A DNA stretch of 64,000 bases, from assembly GCA_976226885.1 (NCBI GenBank), contig OZ320314.1, forward strand, positions 34,534,001 through 34,598,000, in the 5' to 3' direction. A model generated the notes under the pieces. It was given only the letters and a program-made list of their open reading frames with translations, made no database searches and was not told the origin of the DNA. A program made the translations under genes and the position numbers. This document shows, in pieces, positions 52,586 through 61,580 of the stretch (positions are counted from its first letter, which is position 1; every line of letters begins with the position of its first letter). Origin of the DNA: Iphione sp. A-MEVVRFRX5 (Eukaryota).

Positions 52586-55500
52586 TTTTCATCAACCAAT
52601 GAATTTGGTTAAGAATTCAACCAATTGTTTTTTTGAGTGCAGCCACACATATCATCTTATATAAATTTATGTCTCTCTATATATTCATTAAATAATTCTC
52701 CTGAAACATGCGACATAGATGTTTCATCATCTATGTTCATGTATGCATCGATCCCTGTGGGTACAAATTTAAGGTCTTCCATGATGAGCTCCTGTAACGA
52801 GATGTCATGAGCATGTATGGTGAATACGCCCCTGCCTATCAACTGACTTTCAACAGAGCTCCCCACATGCAATACCTCTCGACATGGACGCATCACTCCT
52901 TGTGCACGTACCTGTGTTAAAGAGAAGCAGTTGTAAATAGTATTGCAAATGGAGTGTGTGTGGTTGGGGGGGGACTGGGAGGGAGGGGAGGGGTAAGCGG
53001 GTTCGTAGTGAGGGAGGGTATCCCATGATAACGACCACACACTGCGTAGACATTCACAGGTTCATCTGGCTCAGATTACTTGACCACCTCATTACTCCCG
53101 ACCGATTGCGGCGACCGGCTTTTACCGCATGCTTTCAAAGCACTAACCGTCAATACCTTGAGGGATCCGTGTCCATACTTACTCCACGATCACAGGGCCG
53201 CGATCCCAGGGGCATTGTAAGCACAAAACACAAATGGATGCCTGCCATCTGACAGTCACCTATCGTCGGCTTTTATTGGAGTCTCTCTGCCACCATTGCG
53301 AACTCTCAGGTACCTCCCACCATCCCTCCCCTCCGACTTTCCACAGCTATACGCATGTGCCCGGCCTCTCGTCGTCTATGGGCGACTGGTAAAGACAAAG
53401 GCCCTCCTTCCTGCCGACGACGAACCAAAGATGCAATGTCCAGCCAATCAATGGCGCCAGTAGCACACTGCAGGGTTGGAAGATGGAGGGAGAGGACGAC
53501 GGAGGCGGGGGGAGGGGGTGCAGATAACAGGAAACTGCATTATAAGAGAGAAGCGGGGGGGGGTCCAGTCAGCGGTGTCTAACGAGAAGGGTACTTGTGA
53601 GTTGTACGATGGAGTTGTTATCGAGTAGGTGGAGTGGTGGTGGTAGTTGGGGCGGGGAGGGGGGGGGGTGTCGGTTGATGGCCGAGTCCGGCTGGGAACT
53701 GATCAAAGTCATCCGGGCCCCCCCCCCCCCCCACAGGTTGGCAGCGCCAAGGACAGGTGTATAGAGCGGCAACACATGTGTCCAAGCGGCACTCTCTCTA
53801 CGGTGTCTACAGCAGGACGGCCTACAGCAGAACCTACCGCTCTGCCAGACTACAGAGCAAACACGCCACAATCCATACCGACGATTTATAGACCAGCTAC
53901 ACCGAGGCCATAACCATCCAATGTGACATATTGATTAAGGACCTATCAATACGACGTACTATAAATGCCTGTCTCCTGAGCGAAATGTTCCATCGCCCCT
54001 TAATTCATATTGGCATTCCTTTCTTCACTGCCCCATGCACTGTACAACAGCAGATTTACTGTTCTATCAACAATAAACACATGCACATGAATATCCACGC
54101 ACATCTTTATCAAGACATTATTACAACTAGTCCGCAGAGGTACGTATGCTTCAGTTTCAAATGTCACAGTTGGCTACGCCAAAAGTTCAGACGTTCACGC
54201 CGTCCACCCATTCATTACTATTTAATTATAATACACATGGTGAGATAGAAGTTGCTGAATATACACTTTTTTTCCTACTGGGCTCCTCGTCTTTTTGACT
54301 GAGTGATGTATGTCAACAGTACATGTACAGCTTTATCGGAGTACCTCAATAGGCGCACAATACGAGGTCGGGCCGCCGCCAAAGATTGTACGCGCCTCCC
54401 TCGAGGGTCCGGTGACCCGTCTGCTGCCAGTCCAGGCCCTATCATAACGGTGGCCTCTCTACGGGATCTCTCCGGCCTGCAATGGCCCACACCTCCCATC
54501 CTACCAAAAAAAAGCCAAGCCCACCAACCACCGAGCAACTCTTTTCTTCCGTGAGTAGCTCGTGCCCGGGTCGTTAGCACCGACCGCGTCCCAGGCGGGA
54601 CAATCCCCGGGCGGACGGCTCCATAAACGCGTGTCTATTTTCATTTAAAATTCACCGGTGGCTGAGCAGGCCGCGGCGCGCCGCCCGCCTTTAATTCAGA
54701 CGGTCCCCGACGTGTGCCAGATCAATCATCCAAAGCCATCTCAAGGGCCAGTGTCTTAATTTGAATTTTCTCCAAGGTCCTTGGCACCGATTACGGCGGC
54801 CGTCCGGGGATGGACCAAGTCGTCCTTTGTTTCAACAGGCCTCTCTATCTTCTGCTCACCTTTCTCCAGGGTTCAGGCAAGGAGCAATTCGACTTTCTAC
54901 GACAGAAGGGGTCCCAGGGGAAACCCGAAGAAAGTTTCTTAGATCGCAGATCTTGTTTTTTCTGGAGACGAAAATTGCGGAGAGTTTTTGGGTTTTCAGA
55001 GCACATTATCATAAGACTGTGCTGCTCTGTGGTCTACTCATGGGAAATCAGCCAATATATTTTGTTACTCTTATATTTCTAAAAACAGCTTAACTATTAA
55101 GAATCTATTTATGAACACAAAGTCACGAGAAGAAGTTAGCAAAGAAAGTACGCCGAGAGAGAAAGTAAGCTTGTATGGAGCAGTCATAAGTATTTGAATG
55201 GTTATTTAGGTGCTATCTTTGGCCTTTATAGTATAAATCAAACGGTACTTCACCTTCACTTAAACTAATAACCACACCAATTTCACCAAATGAACATTTA
55301 AAGAATCGTTTAACATGTAATCATGGGCATAACAACTGAGATGATAGCAAATACAATTTCACCACTTAATTAGGAGACAATGAAATATGACCTTAACTTT
55401 GGTAGTACGTTGAACACCGTGTTACGGTTTGATACTAAATGTCTTGTGATTTATACAGGGAAAACAGACAGTTTCAACTGAATAATATATATTCACGTAT

Positions 55501-56050
55501 ATGCTTGGAATGTCGGTGACTTAAAAAGATCGCGCATCCCACCTTGTATAAGTAATATATCTGTATTGTTAGACTTGTTAAGCTTATGTATCTCACTTAG
55601 CGACACCATGTATCTGCTTGCTACAGTATTCTATATAGGATTTCAATAAAAGAATAACGATGTCAATAAATTTCGTTTATGTAAAGCTGTAATTTGACTA
55701 TTACTAAAACGATTAAAGATAATAAGCACGTGGGTGTTGACGATAATCGGTTAGGAATATATAACTGATGCCGTTGAAATGATACAGGTATTCGCTGCTT
55801 TAATTATCAGGTTGTGTCAAGTCGAAATGATAATTTAAGTGATTAATATCATCGATGCTCTAAAAGCTCGCGTAACCTTTAATCGAGTTGCTGTTCACCG
55901 GCCGTGTAGCGTCAAGTAACCTCTTTAAGCTTCAAGTCGGTATACAAAGAGGTGCGTGATGACGTTCATCGCCACTCGCTTCCGTGCCGACTTATTAAGT
56001 TCATTGTGGCGGTGTATCTCATAACAATGCAGGAAATGTCTTCATTTTAG

Positions 56051-56086
56051 TTTCAATCACCCGCCAGCGCCTCGAACACTGCGGAG
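56051..56086 (+). other. Candidate 36-nt symmetric mini-exon
   Basis: TCTTCATTTTAG acceptor, GAG|GTGAGC donor, all three frames open. Confidence 0.25.
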
Positions 56087-58040
56087 GTGAGCGGTGTGAG
56101 CGATAATGACACCCTTTTACACCTTCTGTCTACTGCCTTAAAAGCCTTTGCCCCGAACAGTTTTGCTACTGCCATTATGACTGACTTTAATGGCATGCAA
56201 TCGGATGCGATGTAAAACATGGGGGGGGGGACAATTACATTTATAAAAACATAAACGATCATCTTTTATTGCAGTCTTCACGGCCGTGCTGACTCAATGA
56301 CATCATTTTCTGGAACATCGCCCATGGAGCAGGCGGTTTAGAAAAAAAAATAACCATACAAAACGCAAACAAAGTGGGGTTTGAACCCGAGCAAAGGATA
56401 AATGCTAAAAAAAAAACCGAGATGCAAGTCAATACTGGGTGGAGGAAAATCCCATACGGTAGGACATGGCCTGTGACCAGGCTGAAAGGCAGGCAGACAG
56501 CGGAATTGCTTTTTAACACGCACATCTGCGATGGATTCACCGCGTGTTATTCAAGCAGGATACGCGATCGGATGAAATATGACATCCCATCTCGACACCT
56601 CCACACCGAGCAGCCATGCCACCAGCGCACCTAACTTTATTGACAAATTAAATCATTTGAATCGGCCAGCCAAGCGGGCGGCCGCGGCCTATGAGCGTGT
56701 TTTCACATGTAGCGCGGATCAGATAGGGCCGCGGCTATCAAAACACCTCGACGACAGCGCCGATAGATCATGACGTTTTGACGTTATTTTCTCTAAAAGC
56801 ACAGTCAGGTATGCAAGGAATTCTTTTAGGCGTCGATATATGGAAATTCCATAGTCATAAATCCACATGACGTCGGCTGCGATACAAAACAGGAAAGCGC
56901 GTAGTTTCGTCAAGAAATCAATGTGTGGCTGGCCGGTCAAATGTGTGGCAAACTTTAGACCGTTTGCGAAGTTATATCATTATTTATTCTGAAAACACTG
57001 CATCCTGTGTATATCACAATTTACTTTTCTCTGCTGCGTTGTTCACGTAGATTGTGTGCCGCCCCGTCAAGCTGCCCAAAATTCCCACAGCCGGCTTGAA
57101 ACGACCACCAAGGCCTCCTACAATTTATGAGCAACACCTCGAGGTCGGCGGCAGAATCTAACCGGTCCACGCAGCCTATATAATATGGCCAGAAAATCTC
57201 CAGATTGCGGCCACGCTCGCCTCTCCTAGGAGGAGAAGGTATAAATGATACGGTAGCCGAAAGCAAAGCTCCAAGAAATTTTATGGCTTTCCATAATGGC
57301 TACACGACATTTGTCTTCCTCCGATCGATCGCGTTTGCTCAGCTGGGTGAAGTAAAACTAGCGCCGGGCCGCCGGGGCGAGCCCATCAGCCAAAACTTGC
57401 TTACTTCCTGAAACAATCCACGCCAGGGCGTGTTAATTATATACGCCAACCATTGAGCTCCAACTTAAGATAATATCTTTAATAATAGCGAGACACTAAA
57501 ACACTAAAGTCTCGCTAGAAATAGGAGGACCGGGTGTGCTTTCTCCGGACCGATTGGATAACCTAATGGATAAGCTGAGTGGACTTGGGATTGACTTACA
57601 GTACAAGTCTACCCAGTCTTCATTGAATTTCCAATAGTATACTTGTAAGGCTTGCTATAAGTATAACTCTTTCTTGTTTATCTCCTTAAAGTATATTTTT
57701 ACCACGCCTCCAGTAACAAACTTCTAAAAATTGTATTTTTTTGTGGTGTTCAGTGAGAAAAAGGGAACGTATGCGTTCTACGAAGAGAAAAAATATATAC
57801 AAGAAAACTGGAGCAACGTTTGTCATAAGCAATAGTATAACGTTGGATAGATCTGGTTAAAGTTTCATAGTTTTCCCCCAAATACATGTAGCCACATACA
57901 TATAGTCATGTACAATACATTTACAGGTTGACATGTACTTTATTTAAAAGTTTCCACCGGGCACAATATTGACATTATGCTGTCTGGCTTACCCCATTCC
58001 CCCCTGTGCCAACGTGTTATTGGAATTACTTTTGGTGTAG

Positions 58041-58124
58041 CAGCTGCATAAATACAGCAAAGACAGATGCATTGAAATCATGGACTAGCGTGCCCTGTAC
58101 CGAAGGACTCCGCCTGAAGGAAAG
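58041..58124 (+). other. Candidate 84-nt symmetric exon (phase 2: SCINTAKTDALKSWTSVPCTEGLRLKE)
   Basis: TTTTGGTGTAG acceptor, AAG|GTATGT donor, one open frame. Confidence 0.2.
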
Positions 58125-58271
58125 GTATGTGTGAGTAGCACATAGAAATGTTCGGAAGGCGTAGGTAACATTCTGTACCCAATGTAAACCGCGAGCAGTG
58201 GGGGAGCTTTCCATCAACTGCATTTCAAGCTATTTATATCTACCGATGAGGTCCCCAAGTGCTCCTTCTAG

Positions 58272-58289
58272 TAGTCAATGTCAAACTAG
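58272..58289 (+). other. Candidate 18-nt (or 15-nt via NAGNAG) microexon
   Basis: TGCTCCTTCTAG acceptor with a TGC just upstream of the pyrimidine tract, TAG|GTAAGC donor. Confidence 0.2.
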
Positions 58290-61200
58290 GTAAGCACTAA
58301 GCTTCACAAAGAAAAGCCAGATTGAAAGTAAATTGCGGCTGATCCTGAACCGGATTGAAGTCGGCTGTTCAAATACCGACCTTGCCTTGATTGAAAGCCA
58401 GAAATCAGATACCTTGAAATACAACCACTTTAAAGGTGCATTATGCCTGTCGACTGGCGAATCTTTGATCGTCATTGCGAATTGGAGATATCGATGGGCT
58501 TTAACAACAGTAGAGAAGCCTGAGCATTGACCACCCTGGTGTGGCCAACTTACCGTCTCACTGAAATATGTAAAGTAATCACTTTGAAGAAAATCGATGC
58601 TTCATCGATCGATGCCGTCTAGTGGTGGTAGGCAGAGAGTGGGCGAGTGAGTGAGAGAGAGAAAGGGAGTGGCTAGAGTGACGCTGTGCACTTTCGCTGT
58701 GTCCACTGCAGTCCACGAACTGCAGTGCAGTCGACTCCAATCAAGGTGCTCCTTCCTCCTCTCTTTGTCACCACCGGGAGGGGGTGTAGAGGTTTAGATG
58801 ATAAAAGTGTCTGAATCACAAGTACTTGCACTAAAGCAGTTGAGAAAGGTACGAGATGCGAATGGTACTTGAATGTAGTAGACTTCTATATAGTCGACAC
58901 TAAGCAAACAGAGGGAAAAAAGGAGTGAACAAAACATACAACAGACGAGGAAAAAAAACAACCACCGAACAGATGACTTTACTTTGAGTTGACCGATTTT
59001 GATAGGCTTCGCTTCTGAGGTTATTCTCGTCTCCACCTCTCCAATCTTCGTATTCGGTTAGCTGTGTGGGTTGTTTGTAAAGATGAGGATATAGTGATGC
59101 ACGGGAATGACATCGAGATATTGGCACCCATGGCCAAGAATGGCGAACCGGTGCCGCGTCGCAGCTCGTAATCGAGTCGCGCTCAGTCCGGCCTGTCATG
59201 AGAACCGACCATTTGTGCTAATCCATGTTTTTGCTACAATTATTGGTCCTCCGTATACAGCACCCGACGTCTGCAGGGCCGTACATGATATTTGTCTACC
59301 GGCCGTATTATGTAATATTCTACAGCGGGGTCGGACTACTTTAGAGGAGAGCCCGAGCGATTGCATTTCAGTTGCGGTCTGGTTTTAAGTGCCGCGCGCA
59401 TTTACTTGTTGGTCGAATCTTCAGATTGGACAAGTCCATCATCATCGTCAGGAGCCGACCTGACTTTTATAGAACAAAAAAAAGATAAGAAAGCACGAGA
59501 AATATCATCTGTGACAGACCATCTGTGTGGGCGGTGTGGAGCCGAAGGAACCAAGCAGGCCCCTCAGGATTGATTTAGGCACTGCCTTCAAGAAGATGAA
59601 AGCTAATGAGACATAGGTTGAACGCAGGCCAAATGCTCCTGGGCTGCCAAATCACTTCGATTTCACATATGATGTCCGAAAAATAGTAACATTTTCCTCA
59701 TTAAATGCCTGTTGGTAGGCGAGTTATACATGTACATCACGTTAGGATATCTGAGAGACATCAATGTCAAGGGACAGGAGACTGGAAAGGGCTTTTCCCT
59801 TACACGCGTTGATACATTCTATAATTGGCAGTTTATGATACACATGTAATGCATGTACAGTGTAATGCCAGGTATGAACACTAAAGGTACTCGAGATAAT
59901 ACATGTACGCGTTCTTTTTACACAGGATCTTTGATAAAACGTGTTATTAGGACCCATCTTTTGTCACTGATACATGATGCAACTGATGTTAAAAACCGAC
60001 TGGTACTGGACTGAAAATTCTCGTGTCAAACGATCATCTTTCTTTATCAATTCCCCTTTTCATTACATTGGTTGACATTCAACATGGAGTCGCTGGTCTG
60101 GTTGTACAACAAGACGAGAGTTTGACTCTCATGAAAACGCTTCAAAAGTAGGTGCTTTATCGAACCAAATAAACAACTTTCAATGTAAAGGACAAGGCAT
60201 ATGATAATAGGAAGAATAACCTTGTAGAAAGGTCAATATTGAAAGAATCAACAATTATTTCTCGGCAATGCCTTACCTAGCAAGGACAAACACCATTTGG
60301 CACAGACACTGCTCTTTGTGTTGTGACGGTACCGACTGACAAGGCCACATATTTAAGGTCATGCGAATGGGATGGGGGAGTTTTAAATGAGATGGTCTGA
60401 TTAACCTCGATGGATTTCTGGCCTGCTGCGGCCCTGCCACTTGCGGAACAAAGAAATGGAAATTGACATTTTGTCTCCATATGTATCGTAGGACGTCTAA
60501 CGTGTGGCCTTGTTCCCAGTTAGCCTCCTCGAGCTAATCAATAGCAGCTTCAGCGTGGCGCAATTAAAAAAAACCCTCCATTTGTCATTGGAAATCGGAG
60601 AGGCCGCCGACAGAGTAGAAATGAAAAAATATCAATCATTTCAGCGCCGCCTTTGGTCCGAAAAATCATGACTGATGGTGACGCCTTGCTGAAAGTGGGC
60701 CAACTTTCTTCTGGAGATTGAGTAGAGAGGTTGGCATTAGGAAGAGGTTGGTTGGAGGGTTGGGTAGGGGATACAGGGTGGGCTGAGGAGTGAGATGATG
60801 ATAGGGAGGGAGGGGGAGGAGGGAGGCAAGACTTACAAGTCAATGAGGCGTGTTGTAGACAACAGGGCGCAGGTTGAAGGGTTGCACCAGCAGTGCGATG
60901 AATCATTATGACAGTGCATGATACCCAAAGAGTATGGATTTCACAAGACATTTACCTTTACTTCGGTACATGAAGCACGTTAAACCGTAATCTAAATAAG
61001 GGGACGTATGTTACGAGCAAACACTACGCAATTCTATTTTTTTCAATCGAGTAGCATATTTATGCCGGCGGGTTCGTTTTTATCTCGAGTCAACGAATAA
61101 GAAAACATGCAACGGTATGTCATTTCTTATTTTTCCGTAAATACTTAGCTTGTTCCGATCATGCAAGTAGAATTTTTAAAATGCATTCACAAAGATATTA

Positions 61201-61540
61201 TTTTACGATCAAAACTAGAAAAAAAATCGGAGTACACACGATTGATGTACTGTAGCAGGCAACATGGATACATTGTGTACGTTGTGTCAGGATGGGAAAA
61301 ATAATTTTCAAAGTGACTAAATATGTCTCTATCCTGTACACCTGAAACATTACTTTCAAAGCACACATTGTCCGGCCTGTGGATAAGGGCCACATTTGTC
61401 ACAACACTCCACTCTCTTGATGGTGCGTCAGTAATGTTGGTGCATATCAATATAGACTAAATTAGCTTCAAGTAGAAACAGCGGATCGGCTTCCGATATT
61501 CATAAGAGTGACCCTGTATAATAGACGCCCGGCGACTGTG

Positions 61541-61580
61541 CCACTTTTGTCTCTGACTCAAGCGTCCTCTACAGGTGAGA
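61541..61580 (+). other. Recursive-splice-site-like AG|GTGAGA junction
   Basis: Pyrimidine tract CCACTTTTGTCTCT, CTGAC branch-like motif 18 nt upstream, CTACAG immediately followed by GTGAGA. Confidence 0.25.

Larger units (their letters stand above)
49754..52639. mobile_element. 2886-bp non-autonomous CACTA/EnSpm (CMC)-type DNA transposon
   Basis: 25-bp TIRs, 24/25 identical (CACTCAAAAAAATAATTGGTTGAAT 49754-49778; right 52615-52639), 2-bp TSD CA, and dense subterminal AACCAA/TTGGTT repeats at both ends. No intact transposase ORF. Confidence 0.85.

Noticed and set aside
52781-52848. ATGATGA...CTGA box C/D pair
   Set aside because: No terminal stem and no recognisable antisense guide.
56378-56395. 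Pol III B-box-like GGTTCAAACCC on the minus strand
   Set aside because: No A-box or tRNA cloverleaf; not a tRNA or SINE head.
56800-56808. 9-nt microexon before CAG|GTATGC
   Set aside because: Weak AAG acceptor with a competing CAG that would give a 4-nt exon.
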